Shown here in pieces: positions 1 through 9,566 of a stretch of DNA of 54,665 nucleotides (its first letter is position 1; each line of letters begins with the position of its first letter). The position numbers were made by a program, and so were the translations under genes. A model generated the notes under the pieces. It did no database searches and was not told the DNA's origin. It was given only the letters and a program-made list of their open reading frames with translations. Origin of the DNA: an uncultured virus (IMG/VR IMGVR_UViG_3300021256_004112) (Duplodnaviria; Heunggongvirae; Uroviricota; Caudoviricetes); IMG/VR virus record IMGVR_UViG_3300021256_004112; one strand, 5' to 3'.

Positions 1-1
1 C

Positions 2-652
2 CGCAATCCTTGCAATCGCCGCCAACGGAATACTTTTATAATTGAACTGCTGGCTTCGTTGTAACGGGTCAGTAGAATTAATACTGAACTGCAAACCAGC
101 TTCCCCATGATACACTTCATTCTTTATACGACACCACTGATACAGAAATTCTTTCAGATGGGGATTTGCCAACGGCAACATAGTAGAAACAACAGGATGG
201 ATTGTATCCGCTTTAATATATTTTTCCACCAGTTTTCGCAAATCAAATTCCGCAAACTTCAACACATCATGGTTAAAAGTCGGTTCACCCATTCGGGCAA
301 AATGAACATTAAAGCGTTTAGTGTATTTACATTCTTCGTTTTCCAATATGGTTTTAATTTCATACGCCAACTCTTCACGGGACGCATTCCCATAAAACCC
401 AAACTTAGGACAATCGCAGAACTGACATTTCATGGGACAGCCTTTTTGCGTAGAAATGGTTGCTACCCATTTATCCGAAAGGTCAACATCTTTATGTTGC
501 ACCCCATTGATTTCTTTTGTCAGCCCCAAAAAATTTGCTTTTATGTTATTTTCCTTGCCGTAATCCCCGACCGTAAGAAACTCAAGTTTTCGTTCATGGT
601 CCACATAAATCTTTCCTGTATGAGTACGGACAATCGTTAATTTGCTATTCAT
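2..652 (-). CDS. RlmN/Cfr-like radical SAM protein (3' end runs off the window)
   Basis: Absent from the ORF track. My translation from ATG 652: MNSKLTIVRTHTGKIY...ISTQKGCPMKCQFC (CxxxCxxC)...FARMGEP...GLQFSINS. CxxxCxxC plus MGEP is typical of the RlmN/Cfr family. Confidence 0.8.
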   Translation of the reverse strand, partial: MNSKLTIVRTHTGKIYVDHERKLEFLTVGDYGKENNIKANFLGLTKEINGVQHKDVDLSDKWVATISTQKGCPMKCQFCDCPKFGFYGNASREELAYEIKTILENEECKYTKRFNVHFARMGEPTFNHDVLKFAEFDLRKLVEKYIKADTIHPVVSTMLPLANPHLKEFLYQWCRIKNEVYHGEAGLQFSINSTDPLQRSQQFNYKSIPLAAIARIA

Positions 653-654
653 AT

Positions 655-1284
655 TTAAAACATCCTTTCCTTTTCCGAGAAACGGAATCCCCAGTCTTCT
701 CTTTCTTCGGGTGTTGTAAAATACCACATACGGCGTTCCACATCCCATTTTGCGCCAAATCTTTTTGCATTATCTTTTTCATCATAAGAAACGGACGCAT
801 AATACCGATGATTCACTTCATCATCTATTTCGCAGGAAATGCCTAATTGTGCAAAAACCGTATCCTTAATTTGTTGCACATCAATCTTCCATGGAAAATC
901 ACTGCGTCTTTCCCAGTCATCCCACGCAGCGTCTAAATCTTTTTCCGCAAGCTGTTCCGAAAGGAAATTGACTTTTTGGTAATGGGCAAACGCTTCTTTA
1001 TCCAATCCGATTATCTGCGCATACCCTATATGGATTGTATGATGGCATTCTTTACAAACGGAAATGACTCTCTTTAACTTTTGCGTATGTTGCACATCAT
1101 CATATTCCCAAACCTCATGGGCGTCTAATGAACTGGTTGCTTTTCCACAGATATCGCAATGTCCCGAAGCCCTAACTTTCAGTGATATTTCTTTCCAATT
1201 AGGCAATATACTGCGAAGATTGGTATACCACGATGTAGAAGGAACAAGCTGGAAAGATAGCTTTCGTTTTTCATATTCTTTCAT
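655..1284 (-). CDS. HNH-type endonuclease with C-terminal DUF5710-like domain
   Basis: CDIC...AHE...CKECH..H; C-terminal VSYDEKDNAKRFGAKWD..RRMWY. Confidence 0.75.
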   Translation of the reverse strand: MKEYEKRKLSFQLVPSTSWYTNLRSILPNWKEISLKVRASGHCDICGKATSSLDAHEVWEYDDVQHTQKLKRVISVCKECHHTIHIGYAQIIGLDKEAFAHYQKVNFLSEQLAEKDLDAAWDDWERRSDFPWKIDVQQIKDTVFAQLGISCEIDDEVNHRYYASVSYDEKDNAKRFGAKWDVERRMWYFTTPEEREDWGFRFSEKERMF

Positions 1285-1309
1285 TTTGTCTCCTTACATA
1301 CACAATCTG

Positions 1310-3241
1310 TTAGAAGTTGCCACCGAAGCTGAAATGGAATCGACCGCGACGGCTACCATGTTCATTCTTACCAAAACCATAATCCAGTTTTACCGGTCCC
1401 AACGGGGTATGGACTCTGACGCCAATACCGTAACCAAACTGCATTTTCTTCAAGTCAAATGCGCTTTCATCCCGTTTATCCCATGCATAACCAGAATCAA
1501 GGAACGCAAGGACGGAGAACTTTTTAGCAACAGGTACACGATATTCAAGAGACGCCCGCAACATGGAATTCCCGCGGAACTGTCCGTCTTCATACCCACG
1601 TAGCGTAGACCCGCCACCCATATAGAACCGCTGGCTTAACGGCATATCGCCCCAAGCATACCCTGCGCCAAAGTCAAACGCTAACGTATGTTTTCCTTTT
1701 TCGCCTGCCGACCAGTAATAACGCTGGTCAAAGCTTAATTTACGGAAATTGAAATCACCGCCAAATCCGGCCCATTCAAACGAAATCTCATTCCGTTTCC
1801 CTTTATGCGGGTCTTGCACATTATCACGATTATCATAAACACGGGAGAATGTAATAGAACGGGTCGTGCCGAAGTTCTCCTTACGGCGTTCATCGGCTGT
1901 CGTATGTTTCCCATAACGGGCATAATATTCATCATTATAAGAGTCTTCAAAATACTGACGGCTATATCCGGATATAGGCTTCTTATAAGAATCCTTACGG
2001 TTTTTAATCCGAATGGAATTATACGTGTATTCACTGTCCGCACGGCTGAAAGTAATTTCCTGTCCTACACTGCGTTTGTCAAATCGGGCAATCTCATGAG
2101 CGCCACGGCTGTATTCTGCGGATTCACGGGTATTGTCATACAGATTTACGGACATGGTAGTACCCTTATTATCCAAATACGGATGGGTATAGGAAAGGTC
2201 ATAGTTCTTATTGTCTTCCCCGCCGAATTCCCAACGCAACTGAATATTATCCCCAGTACCAAGGAAGTTTTTATCGCCAATGGTAAACTGACCGACAAAC
2301 CCGTCAGAATGGCTGTAGGTAGTACCCACACCGACCGTAGCGGTATTTGCTTCCTCTACAGTAACAATCAACTCTACCTGTTGCGGATTATGCCCAGGTT
2401 GCACCTGTACATCCACATCATCAAAAATGCCAAGGTTATATAACCGTTGTACTGACCGGTCGACCAAAGGTTTATTCAACGGCTCGCCGATACCCTGACG
2501 GATTTCCCGTTCAATGACATATGCTTTTGTGCGTTTATTGCCTTTTACCTTAATTTTCTCAACGATACCTTCATTAAATGTAAGATGCAGTACCCCGTCC
2601 TCGGTTAAATCAATGCCTGTAACGGCAAACAGCAGATAACCCATCTTCTTGTACTGTTCGTCAATAATATGAAGATTATTGCCGACAGTCTTCATATTGA
2701 CCCGTTCGCCGAGACGAAGCCCAAGAACAGCAGGAAGCTGTTGTACATCCAATTTACTTGTACCATGTACTTCGACCTGTTTAAACGCAGGATTTTCTTT
2801 TACACGGTAATTAACGATTACACCATTTTCTTTTTCTGTGATTTCAGGCGTAACCGAAGCGTAAAACCCTGTCATATAAATAGTACGGCAGTCTTTTACT
2901 ACCCCTTCTTCGGTAAAGGAAGCACCTGTCTTTAAAGAAAGATAAGCGGAAAAAGACTCAGCGGGAATACTTTCGCTGCCAAGCACGTTCACCTGCAAGA
3001 CAGGTTTACCGGCATAATCCGAAAGCTTTTTATTATCAGGATTACTTTTTTCCCGCAAAATCTCATTCGGTACTTTCGGCTGCAATTTCTCAGGGATACG
3101 GACATTCGCCGTTTCAACCTGTTTAGCAGAACCGGTCTTTGTCTGTATCGGCTGGGAAGAAGTCTGTTCTGCGCCATATACAGGAGAAGTAGCCAGTAAA
3201 GCCGTAGCGAATACAATAGATTTTTTCATTATCATACGCAT
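1310..3241 (-). CDS. bamA: Omp85/BamA-family outer membrane protein
   Basis: Signal peptide, about 3 POTRA repeats (IKVKGNKRTK..VIEREI), beta-barrel with NFLGTG and FYMGG.STLRGY, terminal F (FSFGGNF). Confidence 0.9.
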   Translation of the reverse strand: MRMIMKKSIVFATALLATSPVYGAEQTSSQPIQTKTGSAKQVETANVRIPEKLQPKVPNEILREKSNPDNKKLSDYAGKPVLQVNVLGSESIPAESFSAYLSLKTGASFTEEGVVKDCRTIYMTGFYASVTPEITEKENGVIVNYRVKENPAFKQVEVHGTSKLDVQQLPAVLGLRLGERVNMKTVGNNLHIIDEQYKKMGYLLFAVTGIDLTEDGVLHLTFNEGIVEKIKVKGNKRTKAYVIEREIRQGIGEPLNKPLVDRSVQRLYNLGIFDDVDVQVQPGHNPQQVELIVTVEEANTATVGVGTTYSHSDGFVGQFTIGDKNFLGTGDNIQLRWEFGGEDNKNYDLSYTHPYLDNKGTTMSVNLYDNTRESAEYSRGAHEIARFDKRSVGQEITFSRADSEYTYNSIRIKNRKDSYKKPISGYSRQYFEDSYNDEYYARYGKHTTADERRKENFGTTRSITFSRVYDNRDNVQDPHKGKRNEISFEWAGFGGDFNFRKLSFDQRYYWSAGEKGKHTLAFDFGAGYAWGDMPLSQRFYMGGGSTLRGYEDGQFRGNSMLRASLEYRVPVAKKFSVLAFLDSGYAWDKRDESAFDLKKMQFGYGIGVRVHTPLGPVKLDYGFGKNEHGSRRGRFHFSFGGNF

Positions 3242-3300
3242 AGAAAAATTCCTTTCGTAAAAATTTGAAACAGCATGTAAAACACAATTTTCCTAAGTTT

Positions 3301-3337
3301 ATTATATATCATAGAAAAGGTTAAAGTCAATACGCAA
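3301..3337 (-). promoter_or_regulatory. SigA-type promoter of bamA, with TTGCGTA before the -35
   Basis: TTGCGTA-TTGACT-N18-TATAAT on the minus strand. Confidence 0.6.
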
Positions 3338-3350
3338 ACACGCAAAAGAA

Positions 3351-3378
3351 AATCCATTGGCAATAAAACCAATGGATT
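3351..3378 (-). terminator. Intrinsic terminator
   Basis: AATCCATTGG/CCAATGGATT inverted repeat after ORF 3403-3960. Confidence 0.65.
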
Positions 3379-3402
3379 CTTTGTAGTGACTCAAATCATA
3401 TT

Positions 3403-3960
3403 TTATGCTTTAATTTGCGAAGACCACCCATTAAATGCGACACATTTCGCTTCAAACAAATAATCTTCACAAGAAGATACTTGTTGTTTAAGTGATTCTT
3501 CATGATAATCCCGCCATTTTCTCTTTTTCAGCCTTCCTTCTTTATCGAAATAGTACTCATAAGCAACAATAACGTAACCATGCCAATCATCCAATATTTT
3601 TTCCGCACATTCAAAAGAAAAATAACGAGACAACATGTGATTGTCGTTTTTTGAGGAATCTTCAGTAACGATAATAATCTGTTTTGCTGTACCTAATGAA
3701 AATTCATTACAACTATCAAACGGTAACGTCAACACATGAAAGTATTTTATGCCCGGATATAAAGTTTCTTCACTGCCAAACACACTATATCCTTCAGATT
3801 GAAAATGACGGGAAAAATAACCTTTACTTCCCAAATACTCCATAAACGGCGGCATAAAAGCGGAAAAATGCTGGCATATCTTTTTTACAGTATCCGTTTC
3901 CGTCTTTAAGATTAAAGAAGGAAAAACCTCTTGGGTAAAACGTATCAAATTAACGTCCAT
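3403..3960 (-). CDS. Hypothetical protein
   Basis: ORF overlapping the upstream stop, RBS AAGGTGGT. Confidence 0.65.
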   Translation of the reverse strand: MDVNLIRFTQEVFPSLILKTETDTVKKICQHFSAFMPPFMEYLGSKGYFSRHFQSEGYSVFGSEETLYPGIKYFHVLTLPFDSCNEFSLGTAKQIIIVTEDSSKNDNHMLSRYFSFECAEKILDDWHGYVIVAYEYYFDKEGRLKKRKWRDYHEESLKQQVSSCEDYLFEAKCVAFNGWSSQIKA

Positions 3961-4990
3961 CCGACATACCACCTTTCCGCAATTCCGAAAGAAATCCCAA
4001 CCGTTTCGTAAATGGTAATGATTTACGCATTGATTTCAAAATGGATTGCGCTTTTGCTAAATGCACCAAAAAGGATTCTAAGGCTGTATCACAAAACGAA
4101 TACGCATACAGTTCTTTCGCCTTTCGGTATTCCTTTATAGCGCCTACCACACCCATATAATCTTTCATAGCCTCATAGGTATTTTTATGTGGTTTCACAA
4201 TTTGTTGGGTACGTTCCTCAAATTCTGCTGAAGCGCATACCAAATTATCTAAAGCGCGATTTTTTAATTTAAGTTCAATTTCTTTTGCTTCAGAGGAAGA
4301 ACCATTAAATGCAGCTATCCGCAAATTTTCACAGCCAACAGCCTGTATCCTGTCCAATGAAAGATGCGTATAACGGGATAAGGCCGCAATACGGCTTGCA
4401 ATTGGCGGATGGGAATCAAAGACCAATAACCCATCTTTAGCTAATACCCGTTGCCCTGCCATTTTCCCAAACAGGACAGGACATTCTTCCAATCTTAATT
4501 TATATCCGGATTCATTTAGAAGAAACATAGAAACGGCGTCCGCTTCATATTCATCCTGTCGCATAGTCAAAGACAGAAGCATTTTATCAACTTCTCCGTT
4601 ATGCAAAAAATAACGGTTAGCCAAAGAAGACAACGCAATAATATTGGCATTTCGTTCCTGATGATGTAAAAGCATATGCCCCAACTCATGACCAATTACA
4701 AAAGCATATTCCTTTTCCTCGGTCAGCCGATTCAAAACAGCGCTACCCAAAACAATTTCCCCTTTATAATCTGAACGCCATATGCCATAACAATTATTGT
4801 CAGAAGTCACGTTCAACTCTATAGACTGTCTGTATTCATCAGGAACAATATTAAAAAATGCCCGCAATAATTCTTTCTCCTTTTGATAAGGAATCGAAAA
4901 ATCTTCATCCTTATAAAACTTAGACTCTAAAAAATTTTCTAATGCGTTACCGAGAACAGAATCCAAAATATTTTCTACAACAGGTTGCAT
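3950..4990 (-). CDS. M48-family zinc metallopeptidase
   Basis: AFVIGHELGH (HExxH), EYEAD, SHPP...RI. Confidence 0.85.
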   Translation of the reverse strand: MQPVVENILDSVLGNALENFLESKFYKDEDFSIPYQKEKELLRAFFNIVPDEYRQSIELNVTSDNNCYGIWRSDYKGEIVLGSAVLNRLTEEKEYAFVIGHELGHMLLHHQERNANIIALSSLANRYFLHNGEVDKMLLSLTMRQDEYEADAVSMFLLNESGYKLRLEECPVLFGKMAGQRVLAKDGLLVFDSHPPIASRIAALSRYTHLSLDRIQAVGCENLRIAAFNGSSSEAKEIELKLKNRALDNLVCASAEFEERTQQIVKPHKNTYEAMKDYMGVVGAIKEYRKAKELYAYSFCDTALESFLVHLAKAQSILKSMRKSLPFTKRLGFLSELRKGGMSDGR

Positions 4991-5019
4991 AAGAACAACT
5001 CCTTTGTTTCACGCCATGA

Positions 5020-5904
5020 TTATTTGTCTTCAACAATACTCCGCTTCCACTTCATATCGGAAAGGATACTGTTTCCCTGACTTACGGATTCCAGCATGAC
5101 AGACATTGCCTTAAAATTCGCCTGTACACCTTCCCCTGTCTTTTTAAACTTCATACTGCTTTCCTTTTTTATGCCTATTCCCTGCGCCACAGAAGAAGCG
5201 TCAATATCAGCGCCAAGGAACACGAATTCATATCCTTTTTCCTGTAATTCCCCAATCAGTTGTTTAACAGCTTCCTTATTCCATTCTTTTGAAGCATTTT
5301 CCATGCCGTCCGTGATGATGACAACCAATACCTTATTCCCTTCTACATTGACTTCTTCTTTTATTTTCAAAGCGGAAAGGGTATTTCCTACGGCGTCCAT
5401 CAAAGCAGTCGTTCCCTGCGGGATATAATCTTCTTTTCCCAAATCTTTTATTTCTTTCAAGTCAACCCGATTGTATTTTACATCCAGCACCTGATTAAAC
5501 ATGCCCAAAGAAACCTTTACGGGGATATTCTTTTTCCGCTGTTCTTCGAGCAGACTGTTAAACCCGCCAATCGTGTCTTCCGTCATCTGATACATAGAAC
5601 CTGATTTATCCAGTATGACAATCAAGTCAATGCTTTTTACTTCTTCATTTCCATTTTGCTTTTCTTTCTTTTCAGACATCTCATTTTCTTCTTGTCGTTC
5701 TTTCTCAGGATTCTCACCTTCAATAGCGGATTTATCATTTTTATCCCGCCCGTCTTTCCATTCCCCTGTTTCCACATTCCACGGAAGGAAGTCAAAGAAA
5801 TCAGCGTCAAAATCCAAGACCGTTTTTTCTTTGGCAAACCCCGTCACACAAGAACAAAGAATCATTGCACTACAGAGAAAAGCTAAGATACGTTTCATAT
5901 TCAT
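5020..5904 (-). CDS. Exported vWA-domain protein
   Basis: Signal peptide; MIDAS ILDKSGSM, GTTALMDA, IITDGMEN. Confidence 0.85.
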   Translation of the reverse strand: MNMKRILAFLCSAMILCSCVTGFAKEKTVLDFDADFFDFLPWNVETGEWKDGRDKNDKSAIEGENPEKERQEENEMSEKKEKQNGNEEVKSIDLIVILDKSGSMYQMTEDTIGGFNSLLEEQRKKNIPVKVSLGMFNQVLDVKYNRVDLKEIKDLGKEDYIPQGTTALMDAVGNTLSALKIKEEVNVEGNKVLVVIITDGMENASKEWNKEAVKQLIGELQEKGYEFVFLGADIDASSVAQGIGIKKESSMKFKKTGEGVQANFKAMSVMLESVSQGNSILSDMKWKRSIVEDK

Positions 5905-5924
5905 TTCTCCTTTTTAAAGTTATT

Positions 5925-6461
5925 TTATTGATACAAAAACTCACGACGCAAAACATCCCATACATCTTCCGTCCACTTATCGGAAAGTTGCACTTCTTTT
6001 AATTTCTGCCGAACCATTTCAAGGGTACAGGACGGCAAATTATGAACAGAAGAGAGGATATAATATACAGAAGCCAACATAATAATCCATTGCATATCCT
6101 TTTTATGTATAGCAATCTGATACATATCCGCCCATGCATTCAACGCCTTCCAGTCAGCAAGATGGATTTCTTCAATTTTAGTCTTTTGATAAATATCAAT
6201 ATAAACACCTTTTTTATCCAACTGCTGCAACATGGCGTCCAAGCCTGCGGAATACATACCATTTTGCGTGAGGCAGAATTCATAGTCAGTATTAGTCCAG
6301 TGTTTTTTCTGAAGGAAATACACAACATTCTGCATTAAGATTTTATCTTCTGAATTTCGAACATCATACCGTCTATTAAGAAAATAATAGAAAGCCTGTA
6401 ACAAACGGCGTTGTGTATAAGTCAGGTAGTCTTTTATATTAGAAACAGAAGAATCTTTCAT
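5925..6461 (-). CDS. Hypothetical protein, weak Panacea/YwgA-like winged helix
   Basis: LMQNVVYFLQ...YEF....GMYS..L resembles the KLQKLVYF...GPYS pattern. Confidence 0.5.
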   Translation of the reverse strand: MKDSSVSNIKDYLTYTQRRLLQAFYYFLNRRYDVRNSEDKILMQNVVYFLQKKHWTNTDYEFCLTQNGMYSAGLDAMLQQLDKKGVYIDIYQKTKIEEIHLADWKALNAWADMYQIAIHKKDMQWIIMLASVYYILSSVHNLPSCTLEMVRQKLKEVQLSDKWTEDVWDVLRREFLYQ

Positions 6462-7231
6462 TGTATCACCCCATATCTTTCTTTTCCCCACGGAAATTCC
6501 CGCACCATATTCTCTTCCCCAACAACAGGTAATAAACTGTTTTTCATAAACAGCGGAATATGTTCCCTGTTACAAACTGTACGGATATGGTCTATCCAAG
6601 CTGGTTTAGGAATCACTTTTTCTTTACGATTTCCTGTTTCCGCACCAACGATAATCCATTTTGCCTTAGAGATAGACATAGCGCCATCATCCGAGCCAAA
6701 ATCTTCCAATAACGGCTCAATACTGATGAATGTCTGATATCCATCCGCCCAAAAGAATTCTGTTTTTGGTGTAGGAACAGAAGTCCCGTACCACATATTA
6801 TCTTCCTTTGGCAACAGTCCTTTTTCCGCTAATGCAATATAACGGGCGGGATTTTTAGTCAAAAACAGATATCGATGCTGCGATGAATTTCGGCAATCAT
6901 CAAAAACAGCAGAAATCCATTCATCAGGAATCCATTCGCCAAATAAATCTGCCATACTGCATACGAAAATGGTGCGACCTTTCTTATTTGCATATTCCCC
7001 TAACCGATACCGATGAAATGTAGGAATAAACATTGTTGGAAAAGCGATTCGGTTGCCGTTTTCATCTAAAACAGGTCGAAGTAATTCAACAGGTTTTGAA
7101 ATTTTCATAAAGGAAATATTTACACCAAACCGATTAGCTATTCGACGGGCATAACAATACGGGCAGTTATGCCAACACCCCGTAATCGGCGACCATGTTG
7201 AATCACACCATTCAATTTTAGTCTTATTCAT
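6458..7231 (-). CDS. DUF5131 (phage Gp37/Gp68) family protein
   Basis: TKIEWCDSTWSPITGC...CPYCYA, FVCSMADLF, LFLTKNP, SIEPLL, WIIVGAETG. Confidence 0.9.
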   Translation of the reverse strand: MNKTKIEWCDSTWSPITGCWHNCPYCYARRIANRFGVNISFMKISKPVELLRPVLDENGNRIAFPTMFIPTFHRYRLGEYANKKGRTIFVCSMADLFGEWIPDEWISAVFDDCRNSSQHRYLFLTKNPARYIALAEKGLLPKEDNMWYGTSVPTPKTEFFWADGYQTFISIEPLLEDFGSDDGAMSISKAKWIIVGAETGNRKEKVIPKPAWIDHIRTVCNREHIPLFMKNSLLPVVGEENMVREFPWGKERYGVIQ

Positions 7232-7270
7232 AAAAACACCTTATCTTTTCTTAATTTCTTTCTTTATTGA

Positions 7271-7684
7271 CTAACACCACCGCATTTTTCTTCGCTTCTG
7301 ATAACACTCTTGCAAAAACAGCTTAAAATTCTCATAATCATCTTTTCGATAGGTTACATACTGAAAACCCTTTTCGCCAAAATCCACATCTTTAATCATG
7401 TTATAAATTTTTTGGCAGGTCTTATAACTCACTGCTCCCCCCATATCCGGTTGAAACAAAAAATCCAAGATATCATCATCCAGTTTCTTTTCTTGCGCAA
7501 TCTGATTCGCTAACTTATTGAACCACTCAAAATCTTCTTTCGTATGGCATTCCAAAAGCCGGCCATACAAATCGCCAAAATCAGTGTCTAACACTTCAGC
7601 TATATTTTTCCGTAAAGAAAAGAAACCGCCAGACCCCATTTCAAAACTGTACTTACTATTGGTGGCATATAAAGATACTCCCAT
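7271..7684 (-). CDS. Hypothetical protein
   Basis: ORF with RBS GAAAGGA, in operon. Confidence 0.7.
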   Translation of the reverse strand: MGVSLYATNSKYSFEMGSGGFFSLRKNIAEVLDTDFGDLYGRLLECHTKEDFEWFNKLANQIAQEKKLDDDILDFLFQPDMGGAVSYKTCQKIYNMIKDVDFGEKGFQYVTYRKDDYENFKLFLQECYQKRRKMRWC

Positions 7685-7700
7685 TACCCATTCCTTTCTG

Positions 7701-8321
7701 TCACCCTAACCGAATCAAATTTTGCAATCCAAATACTCTTTCCATTATTTTCAATCCGCATACATGATTATCTATTCCTTGGGAAGACGCTATACAATCT
7801 ACCAATATACAAGGACGGATACCCTTTTCAAACAATCCCATAGCAGTCGCCAATACACATCCTTCTGTATCAAATCCTGCAAGCAAAACGCGGGAAGGAA
7901 TTACCCCATGATTCAGAATTCGTAATTGGTCAATAACCCCGTCGGTTATACAGTTGAACGATTCTTTCAAAACAATGCAGGAAACAAACGGTTTAAACTC
8001 AGGAATGATATCCTGTTCTTCTGCGTTCATCAAAAAAGAATAATGAAATTCTTTATGAAACCAGCTTTCCGCATAATTTATAAATTTAGTCGCAACAACT
8101 TTACGAAAAGAAATCTTTTGAAACAGAGCTTTCAATTCCTGTATCGCAGGTTCTGTATAATCATTCCGATATCCATTTTGCATATCAACCAACAACAAAA
8201 TATCGTCAGCGGATATTCGTTCTTCTCCTTTACCGTGGCATATCGGACAAATTTTCATAACCCAACCGATATCTGTTTTTTGTCGAATTTGCCCAGTGCC
8301 ACCACAATGTTCGCATTTCAT
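7701..8321 (-). CDS. Isochorismatase/nicotinamidase-family cysteine hydrolase with N-terminal DnaJ-type zinc finger
   Basis: CEHCGGTG...CPICHGKG, then LLLVDMQNG, K, AGFDTEGCV. Confidence 0.8.
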   Translation of the reverse strand: MKCEHCGGTGQIRQKTDIGWVMKICPICHGKGEERISADDILLLVDMQNGYRNDYTEPAIQELKALFQKISFRKVVATKFINYAESWFHKEFHYSFLMNAEEQDIIPEFKPFVSCIVLKESFNCITDGVIDQLRILNHGVIPSRVLLAGFDTEGCVLATAMGLFEKGIRPCILVDCIASSQGIDNHVCGLKIMERVFGLQNLIRLG

Positions 8322-8324
8322 GAC

Positions 8325-8678
8325 TCAATCCTTTACACGAATATTAAACTGCGGAAAAACTATCTCGTCAGACACATCTGCAGAAAAACAAATCTTTTTC
8401 CAGTTTCCGATAACATTAACTTTGCAATGAATCGAAAATTCATCCGTAAAACCCACTATTGCAGGATTGTATGTACGGATAACATACATGAAATACTCAA
8501 CAAACGCCAATACTTCCGAAGCGCTCAACAAACCTACAGATTTACGGCGGTTTGATTTATTAATTGTGCGCAACATACCATCATCAATGATATATATTTC
8601 TTTGATGTTATTATCAGCTAACATTCCAATGATATAATCGTACATTTCTTTACCGCTTCTCATACTACATTCCTCCAC
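8325..8678 (-). CDS. Hypothetical protein
   Basis: Coupled ORF in operon. Confidence 0.6.
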   Translation of the reverse strand: MEECSMRSGKEMYDYIIGMLADNNIKEIYIIDDGMLRTINKSNRRKSVGLLSASEVLAFVEYFMYVIRTYNPAIVGFTDEFSIHCKVNVIGNWKKICFSADVSDEIVFPQFNIRVKD

Positions 8679-9166
8679 TAAATCTCAAGCAGGTGTTTAA
8701 ACAAAAATTCCATGTCTTCTTCCCCATTTCGATACAGCTTACAATTACGATAAATAACACAAATTTCTGTTTTTACATCTAATGGGATAGAAACATTATC
8801 AGCTATATGGTATGAAGGCGCTTCCACGGTAAATTCCTTGCCAAATTCAATATGGTGTTCAACAACATATTGGTTTACCATGAATTCATAATAGTTTGTT
8901 CGTTTACGCCCCATAAACAAATGAAATGAATTAACAGGAATATACCAGCCTGTCATGATTTTCCATAAAACTTCATACGAAAACTTCGTCCCTGTTTCTT
9001 CCGTCTTATCAACAAAACAAACATAAAATTTATGTCCCGAAAACTTACCGAAATAGAAACAAAGCTTCTCTTTCACTGTATCAAAAATCGGAAACAACTC
9101 GTCGTCTTTCAACTTCATATCCTGTTTCAAATCTTTAATAACATCCACAAAAATCACCTCTAACAC
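8678..9166 (-). CDS. Hypothetical protein
   Basis: Coupled ORF in operon. Confidence 0.6.
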   Translation of the reverse strand: MLEVIFVDVIKDLKQDMKLKDDELFPIFDTVKEKLCFYFGKFSGHKFYVCFVDKTEETGTKFSYEVLWKIMTGWYIPVNSFHLFMGRKRTNYYEFMVNQYVVEHHIEFGKEFTVEAPSYHIADNVSIPLDVKTEICVIYRNCKLYRNGEEDMEFLFKHLLEI

Positions 9167-9167
9167 T

Positions 9168-9563
9168 CTAACAAATAGTTTTTACGTTATCTTCTTTCGG
9201 CGAATGCGGTTCTTTATGGTACAGATACCGCCAACTTGCCCTTTCCCGCATCCTGTATCGTCCGACCTTTCTGTATTGTTCTACTTCTTTTGCGTACTTT
9301 GTTGTGTCAGCTTCCACATATCGGCAAACAACTTCTTTATCATCGGGTGTAAAAAGACAATTCACGGAAGGAAACGCAACCCCATCTTCCTCAGTAACCA
9401 AACACATTAGATTTAATAAATCTTTTGCCATATATTTAGCCTGTTGCCACGTTTTCCCTTGCGTCACGCCACCCATTAACTCAATCCAATCAGGAAATCT
9501 CACAATCCAAACTTTCCCTTTTTTATCCCATTCAAAAATACATGGATAGGTGTACTTTGCCAT
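9168..9563 (-). CDS. hicB: HicB-family antitoxin-like protein
   Basis: YTYPCIF.....WIVRFPD....VTQGKT..QA..MAKDLL. Confidence 0.75.
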   Translation of the reverse strand: MAKYTYPCIFEWDKKGKVWIVRFPDWIELMGGVTQGKTWQQAKYMAKDLLNLMCLVTEEDGVAFPSVNCLFTPDDKEVVCRYVEADTTKYAKEVEQYRKVGRYRMRERASWRYLYHKEPHSPKEDNVKTIC

Positions 9564-9566
9564 GCC

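Noticed and set aside
107..640. 177-aa plus-strand ORF and the many similar antisense ORFs in the track
   Set aside because: Shadows of motif-bearing genes on the opposite strand, without RBS or motifs.
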